A stretch of 64,000 bases of DNA, taken from an uncultured Thermoplasmata archaeon (GTDB taxonomy: Archaea; Thermoplasmatota; Thermoplasmata; UBA10834). The notes below the pieces were generated by a model. It was not told the origin of the DNA, did not search any database, and saw only the letters and a list, made by a program, of their open reading frames with translations. The stretch is from contig CAZMPY010000026.1 of assembly GCA_964568665.1 (NCBI GenBank), positions 62,106 to 126,105 on the forward strand. Reading direction: 5' to 3'. Position 1 is the first letter of the stretch, and each line of letters starts with the position of its first letter. Shown here in pieces: positions 1 to 8,314 of the stretch. Both the position numbers and the translations under genes were made by a program.

Positions 1-301
1 AGCCGGAGTACGACGGCGCTGCGTTCAGTTCGTCGCGCAGCTCTGCGTAGACGAGTATGGCTGGTGCGAAGGCGAACGAGATCGAGTCCGAGATGGAGTC
101 CAGCACCTGCCCCATCGAGTGCTTGCTCCCGAACCGCCGGGCCATGTAGCCGTCCAGGCCGTCCATGATCATGGACAGCAGGAGCAGGCTGGTGGCCGCG
201 ATGAAGTTCCCGCTGAAGATGTATGTGATGGCGACGAAGCCGAGAGCGCCGTTGGCGAGCGTGAACAGGTCAGCCCACGAGATCTTACTCAGCACAGGCA
301 T
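1..301 (-). CDS. pssA: CDP-alcohol phosphatidyltransferase (archaetidylserine synthase-like), partial; runs off the window edge
   Basis: Not in the ORF track. Manual translation from ATG at 301: MPVLSKISWADLFTLANG...DGLDGYMARRFGSKHSMGQVLDSISD, which carries the DGxxAR...GxxxDxxxD motif. GGAGGT RBS upstream; overlaps the psd stop. Confidence 0.85.
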   Translation of the reverse strand, partial: MPVLSKISWADLFTLANGALGFVAITYIFSGNFIAATSLLLLSMIMDGLDGYMARRFGSKHSMGQVLDSISDSISFAFAPAILVYAELRDELNAAPSYSG

Positions 302-884
302 CGGAGACCTCCGCGATGCAGGTCACGCCGGCGTGCAGCTTCTGCCCCTTCGTCGCGACGATCCTGACGGAGCCTGGCGGGAGGTATATGTCGACCCTGG
401 ACCCGAACCTGATGAGCCCGAGCCTGTCCGCCTTCGACAGGCTCTCCCCGCCGGACACATAGGGCACTATCCTGCGGGCGATGGCGCCTGTCATGTGCAC
501 GATGGAGATGTCGCCTATGGACGTCTTCATGGAGATCTCGACCCTCTCGTTCTCGACGGTCTTCTTCGAGAACGCGGGCACATGCCTCCCGATGGACCGG
601 ACTGCCTTCTCGACCCGCCCGTCCAGAGGTGCCCTCGTGACATGGACGTTCCTGAGGGCGAGGTATATCGAGACAAGGCCGCGCTCCGCGTCAACCTCGC
701 GGACGGTGCCGTCCGCAGGAGCGACTACCCCGGTGCCGGCCCTGCGCCTCGGGTCCCTGAAGACGACCATGAGGAACGCGGTCAGGCCGGTCAGCGCCCA
801 GAACACGAGCACCTGGATGGGGAAGGCTATCGCAGCCGCGACCGCGCTGACCGCAACCAAGCCTCTGCCGCCTTTAGCAATCAA
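285..884 (-). CDS. psd: Phosphatidylserine/archaetidylserine decarboxylase proenzyme
   Basis: FRDP, APADG, VHVTRAP, ENER and the autocleavage motif IRFGSRVD; N-terminal TM helix; adjacent to pssA. Confidence 0.9.
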   Translation of the reverse strand: MIAKGGRGLVAVSAVAAAIAFPIQVLVFWALTGLTAFLMVVFRDPRRRAGTGVVAPADGTVREVDAERGLVSIYLALRNVHVTRAPLDGRVEKAVRSIGRHVPAFSKKTVENERVEISMKTSIGDISIVHMTGAIARRIVPYVSGGESLSKADRLGLIRFGSRVDIYLPPGSVRIVATKGQKLHAGVTCIAEVSDACAE

Positions 885-926
885 CTGACTGGCACCTCGT
901 CTGATTGAATGGACAGTGATGATGCT

Positions 927-1577
927 CTATTTAAGTAGCATCTTCGCGTCCACCACTACCAGTCCTTTCTCCTTCACGAAGACCGGGTTCAGGTCCATCT
1001 GGTCGAGCCTGTCCCTGTACTTCTCGCCGAGTGCGGACACCTTCACAAGGAGGTTCACGATGGCCTCCCTGTCGACCTTGATCTTCCTGAAGCCCTCGAG
1101 GATCGGAGCCGCCTTGATCTCCTTCAGCATCTCCTCGGCGTCCTCGCGCTTGATGGGGACGACCCTGAAGGTGACGTCCTTGTAGACCTCGGTGTAGATG
1201 CCTCCGAGGCCGAACATGATGGTGAGCCCGAACGTGCGGTCGTTTATGAGGCCGATGATGATCTCGACGCGCCTGTCCTGCATGGACTCCACGAGTATCG
1301 TCTCGTTCGGGAACCGCTCGCGCATCTTCGCGAACTCCTGCTCGATGCCCTCGCGGGTCACGTCCAGCACGACGCCCCCGACATCCGTCTTGTGGAGTAT
1401 GTTGGGGGAGCAGACCTTCATGACGACCGGGAACTTCAGCTTCTTCTGGTCGATCTCCTCGAACCTGCGGACCACCTGGAAGTCCGTGGTGGGTATGCCG
1501 GATGCCCGCAGGAGCTCCTTGACCTCGTTCTCAGCCAGGGCCTTCCTGCCTGATTTCTGAACAGATTCTACGATCAA
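927..1577 (-). CDS. acdB: ADP-forming acetate/acyl-CoA synthetase beta subunit (ATP-grasp)
   Basis: FPVVMK..SP.ILHKTDVGGV, FGLGGIYTEVYKDV and DLNPV..VVDAK motifs; TTG start. Confidence 0.9.
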   Translation of the reverse strand: MIVESVQKSGRKALAENEVKELLRASGIPTTDFQVVRRFEEIDQKKLKFPVVMKVCSPNILHKTDVGGVVLDVTREGIEQEFAKMRERFPNETILVESMQDRRVEIIIGLINDRTFGLTIMFGLGGIYTEVYKDVTFRVVPIKREDAEEMLKEIKAAPILEGFRKIKVDREAIVNLLVKVSALGEKYRDRLDQMDLNPVFVKEKGLVVVDAKMLLK

Positions 1578-1614
1578 TCCCGATCCCAGTTCCTGGTCAA
1601 TGCCTTGATGCCGT

Positions 1615-2193
1615 TTAATCCTTGCCCCTGGCGGCGAGGGCTTCCTGGCCCAGTTTCCTGCCCATTTCCAGCGCGGATCTGTTCAGGTCGTGGGTCGCCT
1701 TCGGGACCGCCTCGAGCATGGCCTTCTCCAGTGCCTCGTACGATATGATGCCCGAGAGCTCCCTGAACGCACCGAGCATTATGACGTTGGCGACGATCCT
1801 GGTGCCGAGCTTCTCGGCGGCCTTGGTCGCGGGCACCATGAATACATCACCCTCCGGCCTTCCAGTTACGAGGTCAGGGTCGATGATGATCCTGGTCTCC
1901 TTCTTGACTTCCCTGATGTACTTGGCATAAGCCTGCTGGGACATGACAACCAGATAGTCGGGGACCTCGACGAACGGGTACAGCATCGGTCCCGTGGATA
2001 TCTTGACATCGCACTTCGAGTGACCGCCCCTGGCGGACGGGCCGTAAGACTGTGTCTGGATGGCGTTCTTCGTGACGGGCTCCCCGTCGGGTCCGGCCGT
2101 GCGGTCGTAGAGCGAGGCCGCCCTGCCCAGCACGATGCCCATGAGGATCACTCCCTGGCCGCCGAAGCCAGTGAACCTTACCTCAGACTCCAT
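1615..2193 (-). CDS. korC: 2-oxoacid:ferredoxin oxidoreductase gamma subunit
   Basis: GFGGQGVI, QSYGPSARGG, ANVIMLGA; last gene of the delta-alpha-beta-gamma cluster. Confidence 0.9.
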   Translation of the reverse strand: MESEVRFTGFGGQGVILMGIVLGRAASLYDRTAGPDGEPVTKNAIQTQSYGPSARGGHSKCDVKISTGPMLYPFVEVPDYLVVMSQQAYAKYIREVKKETRIIIDPDLVTGRPEGDVFMVPATKAAEKLGTRIVANVIMLGAFRELSGIISYEALEKAMLEAVPKATHDLNRSALEMGRKLGQEALAARGKD

Positions 2194-2995
2194 GTTTGCC
2201 CACCCCTATGAGCTCCTCGTAGCACTCCCGGTCCCTGTTGACGAACTCGCCGACCGTGACCTGGCCCGCGAGGTTCAGGTCGACATGGTCCACGGCGGCG
2301 GTGCGGGCCTTGTCCCTCCTGACGCTGGTGGCCTTGAACCAGTCGAGCATCGCGGTCGGGTCGGCCATCTTGTTCCTCCGGCCGAAGTTGGTCGGGCATT
2401 GGGAGACGACCTCGACGAACGCGAAGCCCTTCTTCTGGAGCGCGGACTTCATGGTCTTGGTCAGCTCGTGGACGTGCCTCGTGGTCCACCGGGCGACGTA
2501 GTTGGCGCCCGCCGCGACTGCGATCTCAGCGAGGTCGAACGGGTACTCCTTGTTCCCGTCGGGCGTCGTGGTCGACTGGAAATCGTGCGGGGTCGTGATC
2601 GACGCCTGTCCTCCAGTCATCCCGTAGATGTTGTTGTTGATGCATATGACCGTCATGTCGACGTTCCGCCTGCAGCCGTTGATGAAGTGGTTGCCCCCGA
2701 TCGCCCCGAGATCGCCGTCGCCTGTGAACACGACGACCTTCATCTCGGGCCTCGACAGCCTCAGTCCCGTGGCGAACGCCAGCGCCCTCCCGTGGGTGGT
2801 GTGCATGGCGTCCGAGTTGATGTAGAGCGGTATCCTGGAGGAGCAGCCGATGCCGCCGACGAACGCGGTGTTCTCCAGTTTGAGGTCCAGCTCGCTGAAC
2901 GCCCTGTAGAAGCAGTTCATGACCGTGCCGTTCCCGCAGCCCGGGCAGAACACGTGAGGCCATCGGTCCTTCCTGTAGAACTCGAATAAGTCCAT
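2183..2995 (-). CDS. korB: 2-oxoacid:ferredoxin oxidoreductase beta subunit (KorB type)
   Basis: FCPGCG, GIGCS, HGRA, TPP-binding GDGD...NN.IYGMTGGQ; start placed at the ATG overlapping the korA stop (TGATG). Confidence 0.92.
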   Translation of the reverse strand: MDLFEFYRKDRWPHVFCPGCGNGTVMNCFYRAFSELDLKLENTAFVGGIGCSSRIPLYINSDAMHTTHGRALAFATGLRLSRPEMKVVVFTGDGDLGAIGGNHFINGCRRNVDMTVICINNNIYGMTGGQASITTPHDFQSTTTPDGNKEYPFDLAEIAVAAGANYVARWTTRHVHELTKTMKSALQKKGFAFVEVVSQCPTNFGRRNKMADPTAMLDWFKATSVRRDKARTAAVDHVDLNLAGQVTVGEFVNRDRECYEELIGVGKHGV

Positions 2996-4125
2996 CAGAT
3001 CGCCCCCATCTTCCCGAGCTTCTCCTTGAACTCCGAAGGCGTGGGCGGGTCTCCTCCGATCTTGCCGAGGAATTCGACCTGCTTGCATCCGCCCTCGAGC
3101 GCGACCCTCTTGAGCGGCCAGTACAGCTGCCCGAAGTTCATCTCGGCGATCAGCATGCGCTCGCACTTCCCCGCCGCTTCGAGCATGGGCTCCTCGGGCA
3201 GCGGCCAGAGGCTCTTGAGCCTCAGGAGGCCGATCCTCGGGTCCTTCGTGGCCAGCTCGAACGCGCCGAGCGCGGACGAACCGTAGGAGACTATCACGGT
3301 CTTGGCGTCGGGGTTCACGACCTCGAACTTGTTGATGTCCTTCCTGGACCTGGTGACCTTCTCGTTCAGGCGCGCGACCAGCTCGGAGTGGACCTTCGAG
3401 TCCTCGGGCTCGATCTTGTCGGCGTCGGTGTGGGTCATGCCCGTGACGATGGCCTTGTTCCCCCTGCCGAACGTGGGGAACGGCCTCACGAGGCTGTCGG
3501 GGACCTGATAGACCCAGTCGTCCCTCTTGACGCCCCGTTCCTTGCGGGTGAATGCATTGACCTTCTCAGGGATCATGAGCAGCCCCCTCATGTGGCCGAT
3601 CTCCGCATCGGAGAGCAGGAACGCGGGGACGCGGTACTTCTCGGCGTAGTTGAACGCGTCCACGGTGAGGTCGAACATCTCCTGGACGCTTGCGGGGGCG
3701 AATGCGATGACCTGGTAATCCCCGTGGGAGCCGTACTTGGTCTGCATGACGTCCCCCTGAGCGGCCCTCGTCGGCTGGCCGGTCGACGGCCCGCCGCGCA
3801 TGACGTTCACGATCACTATGGGCGTCTCGGACATCGCCGCGTATCCGATCGCCTCCTGCATGAGCGAGAAGCCAGGCCCCGATGTGGCGGTCATCGACTT
3901 GGCACCGGTCCAGGACGCCCCGATGACCGCAGATATACAGGCGATCTCGTCCTCCATCTGGAGGAAGACCCCGCCCGTCTTGGGCAGCTTCGCCGCTATG
4001 CCCTCGGCGATCTCGGTCGACGGCGTGATCGGATACCCCGCGAAGAACCTGAGTCCCGATGCGAGCGATGCCTCGACGCACGCCTCGTTCCCCTGGACGA
4101 AGAGCTCACGCGCCCCGTCGCTCAT
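2995..4125 (-). CDS. korA: 2-oxoacid:ferredoxin oxidoreductase alpha subunit (KorA type)
   Basis: GNEA, AGYPITPSTE, QMEDE, TATSGPG, RGGPSTGQPT; start placed at MSDGAR (ATGA overlap with korD). Confidence 0.92.
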   Translation of the reverse strand: MSDGARELFVQGNEACVEASLASGLRFFAGYPITPSTEIAEGIAAKLPKTGGVFLQMEDEIACISAVIGASWTGAKSMTATSGPGFSLMQEAIGYAAMSETPIVIVNVMRGGPSTGQPTRAAQGDVMQTKYGSHGDYQVIAFAPASVQEMFDLTVDAFNYAEKYRVPAFLLSDAEIGHMRGLLMIPEKVNAFTRKERGVKRDDWVYQVPDSLVRPFPTFGRGNKAIVTGMTHTDADKIEPEDSKVHSELVARLNEKVTRSRKDINKFEVVNPDAKTVIVSYGSSALGAFELATKDPRIGLLRLKSLWPLPEEPMLEAAGKCERMLIAEMNFGQLYWPLKRVALEGGCKQVEFLGKIGGDPPTPSEFKEKLGKMGAI

Positions 4126-4364
4126 GCCCTGCCCTCCTGGTTCGGGTGCCATGAGATCGCCTGGTCAGGACAGCTGAGGACGCAGAGCTCGCAGATGAGC
4201 TTGCTGTCCCGCTCGTGATTGTAGCACTTCTCGGGCCCGCTGACCACGGCTGCGTAGTAGCCCATCTCGGAGAGCTCAGTGCCTTTGGAGTAGCATTTCT
4301 TGGGGCAGATGTAGGCGCAGATGTTGCACGCCTTGCAGTACTTGAGGTCTATGACTGGTTTCAT
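4122..4364 (-). CDS. korD: 2-oxoacid:ferredoxin oxidoreductase delta subunit (2x[4Fe-4S] ferredoxin)
   Basis: CKACNICAYICP and C...CELCVLSCP cluster motifs. Confidence 0.88.
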   Translation of the reverse strand: MKPVIDLKYCKACNICAYICPKKCYSKGTELSEMGYYAAVVSGPEKCYNHERDSKLICELCVLSCPDQAISWHPNQEGRA

Positions 4365-4673
4365 CTATTCTCTTCCCGCGCCATCAAGCGGACGATATTT
4401 GAATCTATTTGACATAAAGAAAACCGCTCGGGCGAATCCTGGCTCGGTCCAGAAGCGGGGTGTCAAATCGATAGGAATCACCGCGATAAGCGGTCAATCA
4501 TGGAGGGATATGCCGTTAAACTCGTCGTTTGATTCGGGGAGCGCTCCGGGAGCATCAGTCTCCCCAATCGGACGCCTGCGCGGACTCCAGCCCTCGGACC
4601 GACTGGGAATGCGCGATGCCCGTTTCGAGCAAAGGATTATTACGGCCGTTCGAATAACGCGTCCTCTGAGACG

Positions 4674-5582
4674 ATGGACCCCCTCCAGGCAGAGATACTC
4701 CGATTGAAGAAGGAGAAGGACGCTATCATCCTCGGCCACAACTACCAGCGCAAGGAAGTCCAAGAGGTCTCGGACTTCCTCGGGGACTCCTATGGACTGT
4801 CGATGCAGGCATCGAAGACCACCGCGAAGGTCATAGTGTTCTGTGGGGTCGATTTCATGGCAGAGAGCGCCAAGATACTAAACCCCGAGAAGACCGTGCT
4901 CCATCCGAACCTGAACTCCAGGTGCCCGATGGCCGCCATGGTGGACGTGGAGTCGCTCAGGGAGCTCAAGGCGGAGCACCCCGGTGCGCCCGTCGTCTCC
5001 TACGTCAACACGTCGGCGGAGGTCAAGGCCGAGAGCGACATATGCTGCACGTCGGCCAACGCCGTCAAGATCGTCCAGTCGCTCCCCGACAAGAAGGTCA
5101 TCTTCGTCCCGGACACGAACCTCGGCCTCTATGTCCAGAGGTTCGTGAAGGACAAGCAGATAATCCTGTGGCCGGGCTACTGCCCGACACATGTCGACAT
5201 CAAAGTCTCCAATCTCAAGGAACTCAAGAGGCAACATCCGGACGTGGAGATACTGGTCCACCCGGAATGCACCCCCGATGTCATCGACCTCGCGGATCAC
5301 GCATACTCGACCGAGGGCATCATCAAGCACGTGGTCGCGTCCCCCAAGAAGGAGTTCATAATCGGGACCGAGGCCAACATGCTCCACAGGCTCAGGAAGG
5401 AGGCCCCTGGCAAGACGCTGTACGAGGTCCCGACCGCCACATGCCCGAACATGCGCGAGATCACCCTGGAGAATGTCCGCGACTCGCTCGTCAAGATGCA
5501 GTACAGGATCGAGATACCGGCGGACATCATCAAGAGGGCGCGGGTCCCGCTCCAGAGGATGCTCGAGGCGGGGAAGCAGTAG
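4674..5582 (+). CDS. nadA: Quinolinate synthase
   Basis: HNYQ, GDSY, CGVDFMAE, three cluster cysteines (CPMA, CPTH, CPNM), YVNTS, HPEC. Confidence 0.95.
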   Translation: MDPLQAEILRLKKEKDAIILGHNYQRKEVQEVSDFLGDSYGLSMQASKTTAKVIVFCGVDFMAESAKILNPEKTVLHPNLNSRCPMAAMVDVESLRELKAEHPGAPVVSYVNTSAEVKAESDICCTSANAVKIVQSLPDKKVIFVPDTNLGLYVQRFVKDKQIILWPGYCPTHVDIKVSNLKELKRQHPDVEILVHPECTPDVIDLADHAYSTEGIIKHVVASPKKEFIIGTEANMLHRLRKEAPGKTLYEVPTATCPNMREITLENVRDSLVKMQYRIEIPADIIKRARVPLQRMLEAGKQ

Positions 5583-5587
5583 CCCTC

Positions 5588-6223
5588 TCAGAGCAGGTCG
5601 AGCGTCGGCCTCGCGATGAACATCACTCCGAAGCCGACCATGAGCGCGCCGCAGATTATGAACACGATCTCGTGGACCGCGGGCGTCCACATGTGCCTTG
5701 TCCTGAAGACCGCGAACGACGTGAACCAGTACCATGCGAGGTCGCAGCTCCAGTGTACGGCGGCGAACGCGACGACGACGATCGCCCCGAACTCCTGGGC
5801 CGTGAATATCAGCAGCGCGCCGACGGTGGCCCACCACAGGTAGAAGTACGGGTTCACCGCGGTCGTGAGCACGCCCGTGACGACCGTGCTCTTAGGAAGT
5901 GCGTCCCTTCCCTCGACGCCCATCTCCTTCCTCGCCCGTATCATCATGACCCCCATGACTGCCAGGAGCGCCCCGCCGACCAGGCCTATGCCGAGCGTGA
6001 CCTCCGGGCTCTTGAACAGCGACCCGATGCTGAGGACCATGAGGGCCATGAGCGGGAACTCGACCATGCCGTGGCCCAGGGCTATCTTCAGCCCGGCCTT
6101 CTCGTCCCTGTAGCCCCTGGCGACCGTGGCGGCGAAGACCGGCCCGGGCATCATCACTCCTGACAGGGAGATGACGAGGGCCGCGCCGAAGAATATCCAG
6201 ATGTTGTCGGTGACCGGGTCCAC
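5588..6223 (-). CDS. LysE family translocator
   Basis: SGVMMPGP, GHGMVE and NPYFYLWW motifs; about six TM helices. Confidence 0.85.
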   Translation of the reverse strand: MDPVTDNIWIFFGAALVISLSGVMMPGPVFAATVARGYRDEKAGLKIALGHGMVEFPLMALMVLSIGSLFKSPEVTLGIGLVGGALLAVMGVMMIRARKEMGVEGRDALPKSTVVTGVLTTAVNPYFYLWWATVGALLIFTAQEFGAIVVVAFAAVHWSCDLAWYWFTSFAVFRTRHMWTPAVHEIVFIICGALMVGFGVMFIARPTLDLL

Positions 6224-6300
6224 GGGCAGAAGTTACGGCCGCGCCGATATTTAACCCGTGCTCCTTCGTTCGGCTGAAATACGAGTACGGCATTATGCCT

Positions 6301-6370
6301 GCCACGTGATGAGTAGAGGGTCAGCTGAGGGCCGCGAGGCCCCGTGATGAACCCTATGAGTGCTGATGCG
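6301..6370 (+). ncRNA. Box C/D guide sRNA (sR-tMet-like)
   Basis: Box C GTGATGA 6306-6312; 12-nt guide; D' CTGA 6325-6328; GGGCC-GCGA-GGCCC hairpin 6329-6342; C' GTGATGA 6344-6350; 12-nt guide ACCCTATGAGTG; D CTGA 6363-6366. Confidence 0.92.
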
Positions 6371-6412
6371 CGGTCCGGATGCGGGCCGCCGCCAATGCAT
6401 GCATAAAGACCC

Positions 6413-6452
6413 CGTCGGGCGGCCATCCGACCGCCCGGCGTCCCTGTTTTTT
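6413..6452 (+). terminator. GC hairpin plus T-tract, likely ending the sRNA transcript (may also serve the convergent rubrerythrin gene)
   Basis: CGGGCGG/CCGCCCG stem (6416-6422/6431-6437) followed by TTTTTT at 6447-6452. Confidence 0.6.
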
Positions 6453-6991
6453 CAGATGTCGATGCTGCCGTAGTCCAGCTCGTCCGTGCGCTTGAAGTAA
6501 CCCTGCGGGTGCAGGCAGTTCGGACAGGTGTCAGGCGCCTTCTTGCCCCTGTGCAGGTAGCCGCAGTTCGTGCAGAACCAGACCTCCTCGTGCGCGGACT
6601 TGTAGAGCGTGCCGTCCCTGAGCCTCTTCAGGAGCAGCGCGTACCGCTTCGCGTGGTGCTGCTCGATACTGATCACATGCTCGAAGTACTTCGCCGCGGC
6701 CTCGTTCTTCTCGGCCTTCGCCTCCTTGGCGAACTTCGGGTACATCTTCGTCCACTCGAAGGTCTCGCCCTCGAGGGCGGCCTTCAGGTTCTCCTCGGTC
6801 GTGCCGACCATGCCCAGGAGCTTCATTATCATGGCCGCGTGCTCGTACTCGTTCTCGGCGGTCTCCAGGAAGATCTTCCCGATGGCCTGGTGCCCCTCCT
6901 TGTTGGCCGCCCCGGCCCACTTGACGTATTTCGCCCTGGCCTGCGCCTCCCCTGACAGTGCCTCCTTCAGGTTGTCCTCGGTCCTGCTCAT
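6452..6991 (-). CDS. rbr: Rubrerythrin
   Basis: Diiron helices (GEAQA, NEYEHA, GETFE, EQHH) plus C-terminal rubredoxin domain WFCTNCGY...CPNC. Confidence 0.95.
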   Translation of the reverse strand: MSRTEDNLKEALSGEAQARAKYVKWAGAANKEGHQAIGKIFLETAENEYEHAAMIMKLLGMVGTTEENLKAALEGETFEWTKMYPKFAKEAKAEKNEAAAKYFEHVISIEQHHAKRYALLLKRLRDGTLYKSAHEEVWFCTNCGYLHRGKKAPDTCPNCLHPQGYFKRTDELDYGSIDI

Positions 6992-7213
6992 CTGTTCACC
7001 CTTGTCTGTCCGAAACCGCGTCGGGGCTTATATAGTGCGCCGTGCAGGGTCGGGCCGGAGGCGGCGCATGTGCCAGGATGCCCGTCGACAGCCTCCAGCA
7101 ATATTGTCTCATCGTTGATAATCATCGGCGATTACCACGGCCTTGGGTTATAAGTCGCCCGGGGGGGACTATCTCCTCAGAGAGTTATCCTCCTCTCTCC
7201 CCCTTTTAATTTT

Positions 7214-7756
7214 TCACTGTCTAGGCCTGCCGCCGGACATGTGGTTGACGTATTCGATGAACTCGCTGAGCTTCTTCCCGTCGTTCCACCTCATTATGTA
7301 GTTCCCCTCCTTCGACGGCCTGACCTTCGACAGGTAGCCGTAGATGAGCTTCGGCATGCCCTTGTAGGTCTCGTCGAGGGGGCCTATGTCCAGGGTGAAC
7401 ATCCTCCAGGCGTCGCCGCGCTTGCCCTTGAGCCTGAACGCGTACAGGGGGACGAGCCCGACGCGCTTGCAGTCGTCGATCATCTCCTGGGCCTGTATGA
7501 TCAGCTTCTCGCTCCTGCTGAACCTGAGCGTGTCCGACGACGAGCTCTTGACCTCGATCGGGAAGCTCATGCCGTCCCTGATCGCGACGAGGTCCACCCC
7601 GAGCGAGCCAGCGCCTCGGATGACCATGAACGACTTCTCCTTGACCATCATGTAGCAGGCGCGCTCCCCGGGGTCGCATGTCTTGGTGACCCTCTCGAGG
7701 ACGTCCTCATTCGCGCTGAGGATACCTTTGAGCTCACGCTCGAAAATCTTGCCCAT
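7214..7756 (-). CDS. hjc: Holliday junction resolvase Hjc-like endonuclease
   Basis: FEREL, RGAGS, DLVA, IEVKS (PD-(D/E)xK). Confidence 0.85.
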   Translation of the reverse strand: MGKIFERELKGILSANEDVLERVTKTCDPGERACYMMVKEKSFMVIRGAGSLGVDLVAIRDGMSFPIEVKSSSSDTLRFSRSEKLIIQAQEMIDDCKRVGLVPLYAFRLKGKRGDAWRMFTLDIGPLDETYKGMPKLIYGYLSKVRPSKEGNYIMRWNDGKKLSEFIEYVNHMSGGRPRQ

Positions 7757-7786
7757 CCGACAATGGTATGTGCGTGGTCCGATAAA

Positions 7787-8314
7787 TCACTTTTCCGAGG
7801 AGTCCTCGAGGGCCGCCTTGTCGATGTCCCCTTCCAGAGACCCCTCGGACACCTGCCTGTGGAACCCCGGCTCCGCGGCGGAGCCGCGCTCCGGCGCGAA
7901 GGCCGTGTCGTCGGTCCGGCCCACGTAGACGAAGTGCAGGCGCTTGACGGTGATGTCCGAGTAGTGCCTGACCACATCGTACATCCCGGCAAGCTCGATG
8001 CTCTTCAGCCCGAGCCCGCACTCGTCCTTGGCGACGCGCTTCACGCCCTGGGCGACCGGCTCCACCATGCCGATCCTGCCCGTCGGGAACGCCCACTTCG
8101 CCGTGCCGTGCCTCTTCATGAGCACGGTCCCCTTCTCCCCGCGTATGACCAGGACCGCCTGGCCCTTGCACGGGGGGTAGTTGAGGTCGGCCTTCTCGGT
8201 GCCGAGGTCGAACTCGAACGTGCGGACCTTGAAGTCGGGCGAGCTCAGGGCCAGCTCGTCTATCTCGTTGGCGACTGGCAGCTCGATCAGCATGCGCTTG
8301 GGCGGAGCCTTCAC
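7787..8314 (-). CDS. Nudix-fold protein with a degenerate Nudix box
   Basis: WAFPTGRIGMVEPVAQGVKRVAKDECGL resembles GX5EX7REUXEEXGU but has RV in place of RE. Confidence 0.6.
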   Translation of the reverse strand: MKAPPKRMLIELPVANEIDELALSSPDFKVRTFEFDLGTEKADLNYPPCKGQAVLVIRGEKGTVLMKRHGTAKWAFPTGRIGMVEPVAQGVKRVAKDECGLGLKSIELAGMYDVVRHYSDITVKRLHFVYVGRTDDTAFAPERGSAAEPGFHRQVSEGSLEGDIDKAALEDSSEK

